A stretch of 64,000 nucleotides of DNA from an uncultured Bacteroidota bacterium (GCA_963700635.1 CAVOYH010000004.1:608001-672000), one strand, 5' to 3'. Shown: positions 10,951 to 22,322, numbered from the stretch's first letter. Numbers and translations: made by a program. Notes: generated by a model not told the origin, from the sequence alone.

Positions 10951-12350
10951 CTTCCTCCGGTGCACCGCGCACCCTCTTTGACAAAATCTGGGACGCCCAT
11001 GTGGTAGCGGTGGAACCTGATTCGCCGTCGCTTGTCTACATCGATCTGCATCTTGTGCACGAGGTCACATCACCCCAGGCGTTTACGGGCCTCCGACGAC
11101 GGGGGCTCAGCGTACGCCGTCCCGAACGCACCATCGCGACCGTTGATCATAGCATTCCGACACTCCGCGGTGAGGTGGGAGATCCGCTGGCTGCGGCTCA
11201 GATCAGGACACTTGAAGAGAACGTGCGGGAAGCTGGCATCCGGCTCTTCGGCCCGGGTAACCCCGCTCAGGGCATCGTTCATGTTATCGGGCCCGAGCTC
11301 GGTCTTACACAACCGGGCATGACCATCGTCTGCGGGGACAGCCATACATCAACCCACGGGGCCTTCGGCGCCCTGGCGTTCGGCATCGGAACCACAGAAG
11401 TGGAACACGTGCTGGCCACCCAATGCCTCCTTCAACACCGCCCACGTACCGCACAGGTACGCATCGATGGGACGCTGCAGCAAGGGGTAACGGCAAAAGA
11501 TGTGATACTGGCCCTGCTCGCAAAGATCGGTGTGGGAGGCGGGACGGGACACGTGTTTGAGTACACGGGGTCAACGGTGCAGGCATTTTCCATGGAAGAG
11601 CGGATGACACTCTGCAACATGTCAATAGAAGGCGGTGCCCGTGCCGGCATGGTCGCCCCCGACGACACCACGTTTACCTATCTGGCGGGACGCCCTTTTG
11701 TCCCCCCCCGGTTTGACGATGCGGTACGCATATGGAGGCAGCTGTACACTGATCCGGACGCCCGGTATGATATGTCCGTCACGCTCGATGTTTCTGAACT
11801 TGTACCCATGATAACATTCGGCACCAATCCGGGCATGGGTATGCCCGTCACGGGAAGAATCCCGGATCCTGAGTCGGTGAGCGACCCCGCGGGGCGTGCG
11901 ACGTTGCGGAATGCCCTCGCCTACATGGACCTCCGTCCGGGTGTGCCGATTTCGGGACAACCTATTCATGTCGTATTCATCGGGAGTTGCACAAACGGAC
12001 GGCTGTCTGATCTGCGTGAAGCAGCCACGCTCATCCGTGGACGGAAGATTGCACCGGGAGTCCGTGCGCTCGTGGTGCCGGGTTCGCAAAACGTCAAACG
12101 CCAGGCAGAAGAGGAGGGACTGGATCGTGTGTTCCTCGACGCCGGTGCAGAGTGGCGCGAACCGGGCTGCTCGATGTGCATCGCCATGAACGGCGACGAC
12201 GTTCCTGCAGGCCAGTATGCAGTCAGCACAAGCAACAGAAACTTCGAGGGCCGGCAGGGGAAAGGGAGCCGCACATTTCTTGCTTCACCGCTCACCGCCG
12301 CTGCTGCCGCGATCACCGGAGCTATTGTGGACGTAAGGACATTCTCATGA
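10947..12350 (+). CDS. leuC: 3-isopropylmalate dehydratase large subunit
   Basis: [39 protein letters not shown]. Confidence 0.97.
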   Translation: MTSSGAPRTLFDKIWDAHVVAVEPDSPSLVYIDLHLVHEVTSPQAFTGLRRRGLSVRRPERTIATVDHSIPTLRGEVGDPLAAAQIRTLEENVREAGIRLFGPGNPAQGIVHVIGPELGLTQPGMTIVCGDSHTSTHGAFGALAFGIGTTEVEHVLATQCLLQHRPRTAQVRIDGTLQQGVTAKDVILALLAKIGVGGGTGHVFEYTGSTVQAFSMEERMTLCNMSIEGGARAGMVAPDDTTFTYLAGRPFVPPRFDDAVRIWRQLYTDPDARYDMSVTLDVSELVPMITFGTNPGMGMPVTGRIPDPESVSDPAGRATLRNALAYMDLRPGVPISGQPIHVVFIGSCTNGRLSDLREAATLIRGRKIAPGVRALVVPGSQNVKRQAEEEGLDRVFLDAGAEWREPGCSMCIAMNGDDVPAGQYAVSTSNRNFEGRQGKGSRTFLASPLTAAAAAITGAIVDVRTFS

Positions 12351-12973
12351 GCTCTTCGAAAAGACCATCCGCGGATTCTTCAGGGAAGGGGGTGTCCATC
12401 ACCTCGAAAGTCACCGTACTCCCCGCCGACAACATCGATACGGATCAGATTATCCCGGCACGGTTCCTCAAAATTACGGACACAGCGGGGCTCGGCGACC
12501 ATCTGTTTGAAGATCTCCGGCGGTCACCAGACGGATCTTTGCGGACGGATTTCTCCCTTAACCGGCCGGACAGGGTCGGGTCGGCGATTCTTGTCGCCGG
12601 CCATAACTTCGGGTGCGGCTCTTCGCGTGAACATGCCGCGTGGGCCCTCAAGGGTGCAGGCATCCGGGCCGTTATCAGCACCTCATTTGCCGATATCTTC
12701 AAAGGAAACGCCCTCAAGAACGGAATTATTCCCGTCGCCCTCCAGCCCGATGCGTGTGCTGCGATCGCTCTGCTTGACCGGTCAGAGACTCCGGTTACCG
12801 TGGATCTGGATTCCCGGAAGGTCAGTTGGGGGGATGAACGTGCTTCCTTCGAAATCGATCCGTTCGCCAGAAAATGTCTCCTCGGGGGGGTGGATGAACT
12901 GGGATATATACTCGCCCGGGAAGCCTCGATCAGTGCGTTCGAACTACGCCGGAAGCAAAGAGGAGAACCATGA
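12347..12973 (+). CDS. leuD: 3-isopropylmalate dehydratase small subunit
   Basis: [25 protein letters not shown]; ATGA overlap with leuC. Confidence 0.96.
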   Translation: MSSSKRPSADSSGKGVSITSKVTVLPADNIDTDQIIPARFLKITDTAGLGDHLFEDLRRSPDGSLRTDFSLNRPDRVGSAILVAGHNFGCGSSREHAAWALKGAGIRAVISTSFADIFKGNALKNGIIPVALQPDACAAIALLDRSETPVTVDLDSRKVSWGDERASFEIDPFARKCLLGGVDELGYILAREASISAFELRRKQRGEP

Positions 12974-14058
12974 AGGCGGATATTGTCGTGCTACCCGGTG
13001 ATGGCATCGGTCCGGAAGTGACACACGAAGCGGTCGCCGTGCTCCGTGCCATTGGCGGACATTTCGGGCACACGTTTTCGTTTGTTGAGCATCCGTTTGG
13101 AGGAGCCTCCATCGATCTCCACGGTGTGCCGGCGACAAACGAAACTCTCGCCGCATGCGCACAATCCGCGGCCGTGCTGCTTGGTGCTGTGGGCGGACCA
13201 CGCTGGGACTCGGTACAACCGGAACTCCGGCCCGAAGCCGGACTCCTTGCCCTGAGAAAACATCTGGGTGTCTTCGCCAACCTCCGGCCAGTGCGCCCGA
13301 ATCCTGCGCTTGCCGCTGCGTCGCCGCTCAAAGAGCGCTTATTAACAGGGGTGGATCTTCTTGTTGTAAGGGAGCTGACAGGCGGTCTGTATTTTGGCAC
13401 CCCGCGGGGAACCCGGTTCGATAATGGTATCGCGTACGCGACCGATACCCTGTCCTATTCTTCGATAGAGATCGCCCGTGTGATCCGGCTGGCATGCACA
13501 CTTGCAGGATCCAGGAAAAAGCGAGTGACCTCTGTTGACAAAGCAAACGTGCTTGAGAGTTCGCGACTCTGGAGGACCATTGCGACAGAAGTGGCGGCGG
13601 AATTCCCGGAGATTACTCTTGACCATATGCTCGTTGATACCACCGCGATGCGGATTATTACTTCACCGGCAGCATTTGACGTCGTGGTGACCGAAAACAT
13701 GTTCGGCGACATCCTGACCGATGAAGCCTCGGTGCTTGCGGGCTCGCTCGGACTTCTTCCTTCCGCGTCGCTTGGCGACGGGGGGCCGGGCCTGTATGAA
13801 CCGATTCACGGTTCAGCTCCTGATATAGCAGGACGGGGTATCGCGAATCCCCTCGGAACCATTCTGAGTGCGGCAATGCTCCTGCGGTTTTCTCTCGGGC
13901 TCACGGAAGAAGCTGATTGTCTTGAACGTGCCGTGAATCAGACGATAACAGACAACGTGCTCACACCCGACCTCGGGGGAACATCCGGGACGCGGGCAGT
14001 GGGGAAACACATTCTTAAACTGCTGCACACCTACGCAACCGATGGAGAAGGAAATTGA
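12970..14058 (+). CDS. leuB: 3-isopropylmalate dehydrogenase
   Basis: PGDGIGPEV, VDKANVL, ENMFGDILTD, EPIHGSAPDIAG. Confidence 0.97.
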   Translation: MKADIVVLPGDGIGPEVTHEAVAVLRAIGGHFGHTFSFVEHPFGGASIDLHGVPATNETLAACAQSAAVLLGAVGGPRWDSVQPELRPEAGLLALRKHLGVFANLRPVRPNPALAAASPLKERLLTGVDLLVVRELTGGLYFGTPRGTRFDNGIAYATDTLSYSSIEIARVIRLACTLAGSRKKRVTSVDKANVLESSRLWRTIATEVAAEFPEITLDHMLVDTTAMRIITSPAAFDVVVTENMFGDILTDEASVLAGSLGLLPSASLGDGGPGLYEPIHGSAPDIAGRGIANPLGTILSAAMLLRFSLGLTEEADCLERAVNQTITDNVLTPDLGGTSGTRAVGKHILKLLHTYATDGEGN

Positions 14059-14080
14059 CGATACCGATGAGGAGGAGAGT

Positions 14081-15034
14081 ATGAGCATGATGTCACAATC
14101 TGTCTGGATGGAAGATCGCCTTGTGCCGTTCCGGGAGGCCTCCATACATTTTCTTACGCCGGCCATGCACTACGGGATTGCAGTCTTCGAGGGCATCCGG
14201 TGCTACCGTACAGAACGCGGTGCCGCCGTGTTCCGTTTGCACGAGCACGCGGCGCGTCTCCTCCAGTCGGGCCGGATTCTGGGGTTCCGTTCTCTTCCGT
14301 ATACTCCGGACGACGTTTGTCATGCTATCGAGCGTACCGTTGCGGCCAATGGATTTGAGGAGTGTTATATCCGGCCCGTGATCTACCTGACTGAGGGCGG
14401 GTGGAATCTGAACCTCGACGGGGGAGTCCCCGCGTTCGGCGTTGCAGTCTGGGAGTGGAACAACTATCTCGGGACCGAAGCCCTGGAGCAAGGCGTACGG
14501 GCAAATGTCTCGTCGTTCACACGTCATCACCCCAACATCATGATGACCAAGGCAAAAATCGCCGGCAACTATGTGAACAGCGTTCTTGCAAAAACGGAGT
14601 CCGTCCGGCTCGGATTTGAAGAGGCAATCATGCTCGACCCTGATGGCTACGTTGCGGAGTGCACGGGCGAAAACCTCTTTGTCGTCCGGGACGGGAGGAT
14701 TACCACCCCGGAACTGGCACCGGTCCTTGACGGTATCACGCGGAACAGCGTCATCACGCTGGCACAGGATGCCGGACTCGAGGTCGACGTCGCCCCGCTT
14801 TCCCGGGACCAGCTCTACGGAGCCGATGAAGTATTTGTGTGCGGTACGGCTTCAGAAGTGATCGCGCTCCGGGAGATTGATTTTCGGACAATCGGTTCCG
14901 GGACATCCGGCCCGGTAACCCGGCAAATTCAACAGGCATTCCATGCCTCGATCCGGGGGAACCACCCGCGATCAGCAGAATGGCTTACCTATGTGACGAT
15001 GGACCAACCTGCGCGCCTTGCGGCCGCAGGCTAA
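14081..15034 (+). CDS. ilvE: Branched-chain amino acid aminotransferase
   Basis: HYGIAVFEGIRCY, AKIAGNYVNS, LDGITR, GTASE; SD GGAGG. Confidence 0.96.
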   Translation: MSMMSQSVWMEDRLVPFREASIHFLTPAMHYGIAVFEGIRCYRTERGAAVFRLHEHAARLLQSGRILGFRSLPYTPDDVCHAIERTVAANGFEECYIRPVIYLTEGGWNLNLDGGVPAFGVAVWEWNNYLGTEALEQGVRANVSSFTRHHPNIMMTKAKIAGNYVNSVLAKTESVRLGFEEAIMLDPDGYVAECTGENLFVVRDGRITTPELAPVLDGITRNSVITLAQDAGLEVDVAPLSRDQLYGADEVFVCGTASEVIALREIDFRTIGSGTSGPVTRQIQQAFHASIRGNHPRSAEWLTYVTMDQPARLAAAG

Positions 15035-15066
15035 TCAACCATTCACTCTATCGAGGGAGAACAAAT

Positions 15067-16134
15067 ATGGCGGTCATGGATTTTGGAGGAGTACAGGAAG
15101 AAGTGATCACAAGGGAGGAGATGCCCCTGGTGCGGGCGCAATCCATCCTGAAGGATGAAGTCGTCGGGATACTCGGGTATGGTCCACAGGGACACGGACA
15201 ATCGTTGAATCTGCGGGACAATGGCGTGAAGGTGATCATCGGGCAGCGCAAAGGCGGCCGGGGCTGGCGTGATGCCATCGCCGATGGATGGGTGGAGGGA
15301 AAGAATCTTTTCGAGACCATCGAGGAAGTTGTGCAGAGGTCAACCATTGTAGAGTATCTGCTTTCTGATGCAGGCCAAAAGGAACAATGGCCAACCGTGG
15401 CAGCCCAGCTTCAAAAAGGGCAGGCACTCTGCTTTTCCCACGGCTTTTCGATCGCCTATCGCGAACAAACACGGGTCATCCCACCGGCGACGGTGGACGT
15501 GGTCCTCGTTGCGCCAAAAGGCGCGGGCCGCACAGTACGGAATAATTTTCTGTCCGGGAGCGGCATCAACTCAAGTTTTGCGGTGCATCAGGATGCCACA
15601 GGACGCGCACGCGAACGGGTCGTTGCACTGGGCATCGCCATCGGATCGGGATATCTCTTTCCGACAACGTTCGAGAAGGAAGTCTTCAGCGATCTGACGG
15701 GCGAACGGGGTGTTCTGCTGGGGGCAATCGCCGGACTGATGAAGGCACAGTATGATACGCTCCGGGCAATGGGACATTCACCGAGCGAAGCGTTCAACGA
15801 AACTGTGGAAGAAGCGACGCAGAGTCTGTATCCACTTATGGGGAAGAACGGCGTGGACTGGATGATCGCTTCATGCAGCACCACGGCCCAGCGCGGCGCA
15901 CTGGACTGGTCGAAACGATTTGAAGCGGCGGTCAAGCCGGTGATGAAAGAACTCTATGAAAGCGTGCGGACCGGTGTGGAAACACAGCGTGTGCTCGACA
16001 CCTGCAGCGCGCCGGGTTATCGTGATAGGCTGGAGACTGAACTGGACGAATGGAGAAATTCGGAAATGTGGAAAGCCGGGACCACCGTCCGGTCGCTGAG
16101 GCCTGAAAACTGGGGAAAAAAGGGAAAGTCCTAA
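15067..16134 (+). CDS. ilvC: Ketol-acid reductoisomerase (Bacteroides/fungal Ilv5-like)
   Basis: GYGPQGHGQSLNLRD, SHGF, SDLTGERG, EAFNETVEE, CSTTAQRGA. Confidence 0.95.
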   Translation: MAVMDFGGVQEEVITREEMPLVRAQSILKDEVVGILGYGPQGHGQSLNLRDNGVKVIIGQRKGGRGWRDAIADGWVEGKNLFETIEEVVQRSTIVEYLLSDAGQKEQWPTVAAQLQKGQALCFSHGFSIAYREQTRVIPPATVDVVLVAPKGAGRTVRNNFLSGSGINSSFAVHQDATGRARERVVALGIAIGSGYLFPTTFEKEVFSDLTGERGVLLGAIAGLMKAQYDTLRAMGHSPSEAFNETVEEATQSLYPLMGKNGVDWMIASCSTTAQRGALDWSKRFEAAVKPVMKELYESVRTGVETQRVLDTCSAPGYRDRLETELDEWRNSEMWKAGTTVRSLRPENWGKKGKS

Positions 16135-16169
16135 ATAATCCTATACGTTCCACATGTTCCGGCTTTATG

Positions 16170-18413
16170 TCAGCGACGCCTCCGCATTGACGCCGCATCC
16201 AGAGTCCTAAACAACGCTTCGGGAAACTCTTTCCGGAGCAGGTGGCGGTAGTAAAACCGGTATGTTTCGGTTCGCAGATGGACGGCCTTTCCGCCACCCC
16301 AGCCATGGCGGCCGCCGGGATACAGCATCAGCTCAAAGTGCTTGTTCATATCCTCCAGCGTGTCAACAAGCTGGATTGTGTTTTGCATGTGGACGTTATC
16401 ATCCATGGTGCCGTGTACAAGCCGCAGGAGGCCGCGGATCTTGTGCGCATGTGTCAGAACGGATCCCTCCCGGTACCCGTCAGGATTTTCAGCCGGAGAA
16501 TCCATATAACGCTCGGTGTAGTGTGAATCATAAAGCCGCCAATCGGTCACCGAATACTCGGCAATGCCGTGTGTGAAATACTCGGCTCCGGCGGCAAGCG
16601 CGAGGCTGGCGACATAGCCTCCATAACTTCCCCCCGTAATACATACCCGGCTGCTGTCCACAAATGGTTTTCTGCGTAGCCATTTGACTACTTCCGCAAG
16701 ATCATGCATCTCCCAGAAGCCCAGTCTTCTATGCATCAGCGCGGCTCCGGTCTTTCCAAAATGGCCGGACCCCCGGTGATCAACGGACAGCTGGATCACA
16801 CCCTCCTGCGCCAACCACTGCGCGCTGAGGGGCTTCCATCCGTCGAACACGCTTGCTGCGTTAGGACCACCATAGACCGAAATGAGGATCGGATACCTGC
16901 GCGCCGGGTCAAAATCAAGAGGCATGGTTAATACCCCGGGGAGCAATAAACCGTCAGGGGTGGGGATGGTGATCATCTCCGGCAAGGCCAGAGTATACGT
17001 GTTGAAGATTTCCGACTTGCTGTCGCCCAGTTCCCTGATGAGCTGGCCTTTTCCGTTCATCAAGACCATACGGGGAGGATGCTGCACGGATGAGTAGGTG
17101 CTGATGAAGTAGGATCCCTTGGGGGCCACTTTTACTGAATGGGTGAATTCTCCGAAGGTTAACCTTGTCAGTTCTTTTCCGCTGAGTCGAACCGAATACA
17201 GGTCGGTGCGCGTTGGCGACTCCTTGCGGGCGGTAAAGAACACGGTCCCGGTTGCCGGATCCACCGCCTGGATCCCGGTCACCGGCCAGGCGCCGTCGGT
17301 AATCTGCTGTTTCAGTTTCCCATCCATGCCATAAAGATACAGATGCGGCCACCCGCTTCGGTCGCTTGTGAGGATGAACCCCGAGAGGTCGGCGAGAAAT
17401 TCTATTGACTCGAACCAATCGACCCAGCTGGGCTGGTGCTCGAGAAGGAGTTTCTGTTTTGCGCCCGAAGATGTGGCAAGACTGTACAGCACAAGCGTAT
17501 CCTGACCGCGATTCATCCATTGCACAACAAGATCTTTTCCGTTTGGTTTCCAGAAGGGGGGTCCAAAATACTGGTCCTGTTTTTCGTCGAACGGTGCCCA
17601 CACCGTCGGGCCGCCCGCAACCGGGACAATGCCTATGCGGACCTCCGGGCTGGGGTCGCCGGGTTTTGGATAACGGGCACGCTCCAGTGATCCATGCACG
17701 CCGTCAGCGGCAAACAGGGGAAATTCAGGCACAGGCGTGTCATCAAATCGGAAGAATGCGAGATGTCTGCTGTCGGGTGACCACCAGAATGCCCTGTAGC
17801 GGCTGGCCCGTCCCAGGATTTCCTCATAATAGATCCACGACGCCCAGCCGTTGTAGATAACGCTCGAACCATCGGACGTGTGGCGGGTCTCTTTGTTGCT
17901 CGACAGGTCCAGACTGTACAGATCATTCTCCCGTGTAAACGCAATGTACTTCCCGTCAGGTGAAAATACCGGATTCCGTTCTTCGGCCTCGGATGTGGTG
18001 AGGCGGCGGAGCATGCGGTGCGGGGTATCGAGAAGGTACAGATCGTTCAACGAAGAGTAGAGGAAAAATGACTCGTCGGGTGAGGTGGCCACGAAGGAAG
18101 AGGGGGTGATGTCTTTACCCAGGACATCTGTATACTGTTGAATGTCCAGCGCAGCGCTGTCGTTTCCGGTTGCCGCATCAACGAGGATCGGGACCTTGCG
18201 ATCAGCGCCTGGTCTGGCGCGCGACTCGAGATACCGCTGGCCGTCCACCCATTTTGTGACCGTGGGGAGAGAAGAGATGATCTGTGGATCACCGTTCTTG
18301 AATATTTGTTCGAACGAGAGCCGTTGTGTTGATTGAGAGAGTGAAAGAGGGGATAACACCGTGATCGAGCAGAAAAGAAGCACAGCGATCCGCTGAGTGT
18401 GATTCCACCGCAT
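16170..18413 (-). CDS. Dipeptidyl peptidase IV, family S9B, secreted
   Basis: Signal peptide, WIYYEEI, GGSYGG nucleophile, HG..DDNVH, catalytic H. Confidence 0.93.
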   Translation of the reverse strand: MRWNHTQRIAVLLFCSITVLSPLSLSQSTQRLSFEQIFKNGDPQIISSLPTVTKWVDGQRYLESRARPGADRKVPILVDAATGNDSAALDIQQYTDVLGKDITPSSFVATSPDESFFLYSSLNDLYLLDTPHRMLRRLTTSEAEERNPVFSPDGKYIAFTRENDLYSLDLSSNKETRHTSDGSSVIYNGWASWIYYEEILGRASRYRAFWWSPDSRHLAFFRFDDTPVPEFPLFAADGVHGSLERARYPKPGDPSPEVRIGIVPVAGGPTVWAPFDEKQDQYFGPPFWKPNGKDLVVQWMNRGQDTLVLYSLATSSGAKQKLLLEHQPSWVDWFESIEFLADLSGFILTSDRSGWPHLYLYGMDGKLKQQITDGAWPVTGIQAVDPATGTVFFTARKESPTRTDLYSVRLSGKELTRLTFGEFTHSVKVAPKGSYFISTYSSVQHPPRMVLMNGKGQLIRELGDSKSEIFNTYTLALPEMITIPTPDGLLLPGVLTMPLDFDPARRYPILISVYGGPNAASVFDGWKPLSAQWLAQEGVIQLSVDHRGSGHFGKTGAALMHRRLGFWEMHDLAEVVKWLRRKPFVDSSRVCITGGSYGGYVASLALAAGAEYFTHGIAEYSVTDWRLYDSHYTERYMDSPAENPDGYREGSVLTHAHKIRGLLRLVHGTMDDNVHMQNTIQLVDTLEDMNKHFELMLYPGGRHGWGGGKAVHLRTETYRFYYRHLLRKEFPEALFRTLDAASMRRRR

Positions 18414-18449
18414 GGCAGTCCTCAGTGATATCAGAAGAGTGTAGGGGGT

Positions 18450-19415
18450 TTACAGGTCGTCCACAATATCATCCACTCCCCGGCGCACTATGCGCGCGAA
18501 AACCCAGCCGAGGAGCATGCCGGCAAACATCGTTGCGAGGCAGTACAACGGGGTGAAGAAAAAGACAAGAGCTCCCATGGTCTTCTCATCGCCCGGGATC
18601 GTATTGTAAATCGTTTCCCATGCAACCCAGTATGCGGGGACCATGAGTGCGAGGATTCCGAAAATTCCTCCGATTGTTACGGACCAGAGGGTGACGCTCG
18701 GGATCCGTCCCGCATTATGGTGACTGATACTGGCGAGGACAATGAACGGGAGGAGACTGAACAGATTCAGCAGTAACGCCCTGCCTTTAAGATGTTCCAG
18801 GAGGATGTCCAGCAGGGAATCACCCAGTGGAATCCTGCCAACGATCAGCTGGACACTTAACCAGACTGCCGTGGGAGCAAGAATGCCCGTCACGAGGGGG
18901 AAAACCCAGGTCCCGCGTTCAGCCAGAGAGGGGGTTCTTCTGGAGGGATATCGTTGGGCGAGGATTACCTCTTCCCGCTGGGTTACCCATCTGCGGACAG
19001 GCCGTCTGAGGAGCGCGAAGAGAAGTGCGAGGGAGACGATAGATGTGGTTACCCGGCCGGCGGTTTCGAAAAAACGTGCGGTGGCATACGGGTCGGGCAC
19101 GGGTATTCCCAGGGGACCGGTGACAAGATACGGCGTCCCGATCAGAGTCACGTTAAAGAGGATACTGAGAGGCACGTACGCGATGGTGCCCCAGTACCCC
19201 GTCGCAGGAAGGCGCTGGAAAGAAAAAAGGATAAGGAGCGGGATCACAACGGACGGCACCGCGAATGCAAAGAGACCCGGGTAGAACGGAAGCGGCATGG
19301 GTGGTGCCAGATACGGCAGAACATACTCGATTATTCCAAAGAGCGCTTTGAGGAGCAGCAAGATCAGAACGATGAGTACACTTTTCGGCAGAGCCCGGAA
19401 CCCTGAGCCAGTCAT
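18450..19415 (-). CDS. Hypothetical integral membrane protein
   Basis: About 8 hydrophobic segments in two blocks; SD GGAGA. Confidence 0.65.
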   Translation of the reverse strand: MTGSGFRALPKSVLIVLILLLLKALFGIIEYVLPYLAPPMPLPFYPGLFAFAVPSVVIPLLILFSFQRLPATGYWGTIAYVPLSILFNVTLIGTPYLVTGPLGIPVPDPYATARFFETAGRVTTSIVSLALLFALLRRPVRRWVTQREEVILAQRYPSRRTPSLAERGTWVFPLVTGILAPTAVWLSVQLIVGRIPLGDSLLDILLEHLKGRALLLNLFSLLPFIVLASISHHNAGRIPSVTLWSVTIGGIFGILALMVPAYWVAWETIYNTIPGDEKTMGALVFFFTPLYCLATMFAGMLLGWVFARIVRRGVDDIVDDL

Positions 19416-19598
19416 ACCATTCTCCGCGGTTTTGCGTGAAGAGTCTTGGAGGGAAACCCTGCAGCTATTATAGGGAAGAAATTGTGATTGATACATTCGA
19501 GGATACTGAACTTCCCGGAGATATGCAACCGGCTGCGCAGTTGCTTCCGGGTTCGAGATTCCTCACATTTGCAGAAGAACACCTTCAGGAGCACACCC

Positions 19599-20183
19599 AT
19601 GAGATCAGGACCCCGTTTTCGGCACGTTTCCCCGGAGCGTCTCGTCTATGAACAGACCCGAATGCGAATCCGGGATGGGGACGTGCTCCTCTACCGGGGG
19701 CGTTCCGTGCCATCTCGAATCATACAGTGGGTCACAGGTTCACCCTATTCGCATGCAGGACTTGCGGTCTGGTGGAACCAGCGGCTCATGGTCCTGGAAG
19801 CAGTCAGCAAAGGAGTCATCGTAACACCACTTTCCTCCAATATCCGCCACTACTTCGGCGACGTTGAGTGGTTCACGAGCACGGCTGAGCTGTCCGTTGG
19901 GGAGCGTCGGCGCCTGGTAGAAGTCGCACAGAAAGAGCTCGGAAAGGAGTATGCGAGCTGGAAGGCCGTTCTTCTGGGGATCCGGCTGCTGTTCGGGGGT
20001 GGAATCGAACGACGTGATGCCCTGCGCCGGGAACGAAAACTTTTCTGCTCCCTGTATGTCGCTGCTGTCTATAATGCGGTCGGTCACGATTTAAAAAGAG
20101 GGACCAGCGACAGGTTTACTTCACCGGCTGATATCGCACGGTCTCCACTCCTCAAGCAGGTTGCAGCACTCAAACGAACTTGA
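19599..20183 (+). CDS. Permuted papain-like (YiiX/YebB, NlpC/P60 superfamily) enzyme
   Basis: GDVLLYRG, YSHAGL, C-terminal LFCS, SPADI. Confidence 0.8.
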   Translation: MRSGPRFRHVSPERLVYEQTRMRIRDGDVLLYRGRSVPSRIIQWVTGSPYSHAGLAVWWNQRLMVLEAVSKGVIVTPLSSNIRHYFGDVEWFTSTAELSVGERRRLVEVAQKELGKEYASWKAVLLGIRLLFGGGIERRDALRRERKLFCSLYVAAVYNAVGHDLKRGTSDRFTSPADIARSPLLKQVAALKRT

Positions 20184-20290
20184 GTTCCCGCGCCGGCGGA
20201 AGGTCGCCTCTGCCTCACGCGCCCCAATATCGGAAACTCCGGCGCCTCCCGTGCTCCGTTACCCCCCCCCATTTGTAGCCAGAAAAAGCC

Positions 20291-20319
20291 TTGACATTCC
20301 ATCTCTTTATTCGTAGGAT
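20291..20319 (+). promoter_or_regulatory. Putative sigma70 promoter
   Basis: TTGACA-N17-TAGGAT. Confidence 0.6.
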
Positions 20320-20377
20320 ATTGCGGATTTACGTAGTCCGCTATGATCGATCACAGAGAGCACTCTCTTTCATCCTC

Positions 20378-21532
20378 ATGAATCCGCCTTCAAATAGGAA
20401 GACTCCTGGCCAGACAATCGTTGTGGTTGAAGACGAGCATATCACGGCGGAGGATCTTCGACGCAGGCTTGAGTCCTGGGGGTATCGCGTGCAGGGTGTC
20501 GCGGCGTCCGGGGAAGAGGCCATCAGGATGACGGAGGCGACGAAACCTGACCTGGTGCTCATGGACATCCACCTTAAGGGTCCGATGGACGGCGTGGAGG
20601 CGGCCCGGCTTATCAAGGCGCGCTCCAACACGCCGGTAATCTATGCATCATCATTTTCCGATCCGGCCACACTGCGGCGGGCTCACCTGACGGATCCGTC
20701 CGGCATGATCAACAAACCGTACAACGATCATGAAATGCGGTCCGCCATCGCTTCTGCGCTCTCCAAACACACGATGGAGCGTCAGATTGCTGAAGCGGAG
20801 GATCGATACCGGCGACTCCTGGCGACGAGCTCTGATATGATTTTTCTCCGGAAGCGGCGGCGGATCCTGAGCGCCAATGGCGCGGCCATTCAGTCTCTGG
20901 AGTATCCGCTGGCAGAACTCCTGAGACAGGATCTTCCTCACTTCGCCGCTCGGGAGTCTGTGCCCTTGTTGACACTTGTTCTGGACGAAGTGGAGAAGGG
21001 CCGGGCTCACCGGAATGTCGAAGTGCTGTTCCGGACGAAGTCCGGATTGCCTCTCACTGTTGCCTTTTCGGCGGACACCTGCATGCATCATGGGGAGTCC
21101 GCTGAGCAGATCGTGTTGACTGCCCTTACACGCCGGGGTGTTACGGAAGAGGAAGAGGCCACGGATTCTCCGCGTGTGCTTATCGCCGACGACGAAGAGA
21201 CGAACCGCACCATTGCGCGTCTGATGATGGAAAACCTGGGTTTCGTCGTTGATGTGGTCACCGATGGGCATGCGGCTGTAGAGGCCGCACGAACAGTTCC
21301 GTATGCGATGATTCTGCTGGATTGCTGGATGCCCGGGCTGGATGGCTTCTCCGCAGGAAGGGCAATCCGGTCCATGTCGTTGCCATCCCCTTCGACGAGG
21401 GTGGTTGCAATGAGTGCGGATATGCGGGATGGCGACAGGCAACGATGCCTGGATGCGGGCATGGACGACACCATCTCCAAACCGTTCACGATGGAGCAGA
21501 TGCGGTCACTTCTCTCACGATCCGGGCTTTAG
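20378..21532 (+). CDS. REC-PAS-REC response regulator (no kinase core)
   Basis: VVEDE..LMDI..KPY; PAS-like middle; LIADDE..LLDCWMP..KPF. Confidence 0.85.
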   Translation: MNPPSNRKTPGQTIVVVEDEHITAEDLRRRLESWGYRVQGVAASGEEAIRMTEATKPDLVLMDIHLKGPMDGVEAARLIKARSNTPVIYASSFSDPATLRRAHLTDPSGMINKPYNDHEMRSAIASALSKHTMERQIAEAEDRYRRLLATSSDMIFLRKRRRILSANGAAIQSLEYPLAELLRQDLPHFAARESVPLLTLVLDEVEKGRAHRNVEVLFRTKSGLPLTVAFSADTCMHHGESAEQIVLTALTRRGVTEEEEATDSPRVLIADDEETNRTIARLMMENLGFVVDVVTDGHAAVEAARTVPYAMILLDCWMPGLDGFSAGRAIRSMSLPSPSTRVVAMSADMRDGDRQRCLDAGMDDTISKPFTMEQMRSLLSRSGL

Positions 21533-21644
21533 AATCACGTTCGTCACATCCTCTTGTTTGTGTTCCCACCATTCCGTAAATTTGTCCGACGGTGCGCATC
21601 ATTGACACCCCCACTGATGACCACTACCTGGAGGCCAGAATCCC

Positions 21645-22307
21645 ATGTTCATCCGACTCTCTACGTGTATGCTTGTTATCGCTCTTCTTAATATGAGCGG
21701 ATGTGGAAAATCGCCTGAGCAGAAGCGAATCGAAGAGGCGGCCAAACAGGCAGGAGAAGCAGGTCAGGCGCTGAAAGAAGGTGCTCAGAAAATGGCGGAC
21801 GCCATGAAGGGATTGAGCGGGGAGGGTGTGGAAGGAACAAAAGTGGAACCCGTAAATTTCCGGGATCTTAAGGCCCTCCTGCCGGAAGCACTCCCCGGGA
21901 TGACTCGCTCCGGAGCAGAAGGAGAAAAGACCTCCGTCATGGGCATCAAAGTCTCTGAAGCCCATGCGCGTTATGAGAACGAAGAGGGGGCCTCCGTGAC
22001 AGTGAAGATCACGGACATGGGAAGCGTCAGCGGGTTTGTCGGTATGGCAACCCTCGCATGGGCGCATGCTGACGTCGATCGGGAAACGGAGACTGGGTAC
22101 GAACGAACAACGACATACGACGGCCACAAGGCATTTGAAAAATTTAACACTGAGTCCAGGGACGGCGAGCTGAATATTTTTGTCGCCGGCAGGTTTGTGG
22201 TGAATATCGAGGGATACGGAGTCGAGATGTCATATCTAAAAAGCGCCGCCGGCTCGATCAATCTCAAGGCGCTTGAAGCCATGAAAAATACCGGTGTTAC
22301 CAGCTGA
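21645..22307 (+). CDS. Hypothetical lipoprotein
   Basis: Lipobox-like LNMSGC, coiled coil, then a beta-rich domain. Confidence 0.75.
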   Translation: MFIRLSTCMLVIALLNMSGCGKSPEQKRIEEAAKQAGEAGQALKEGAQKMADAMKGLSGEGVEGTKVEPVNFRDLKALLPEALPGMTRSGAEGEKTSVMGIKVSEAHARYENEEGASVTVKITDMGSVSGFVGMATLAWAHADVDRETETGYERTTTYDGHKAFEKFNTESRDGELNIFVAGRFVVNIEGYGVEMSYLKSAAGSINLKALEAMKNTGVTS

Positions 22308-22322
22308 GTGGAGAGCGAACGT

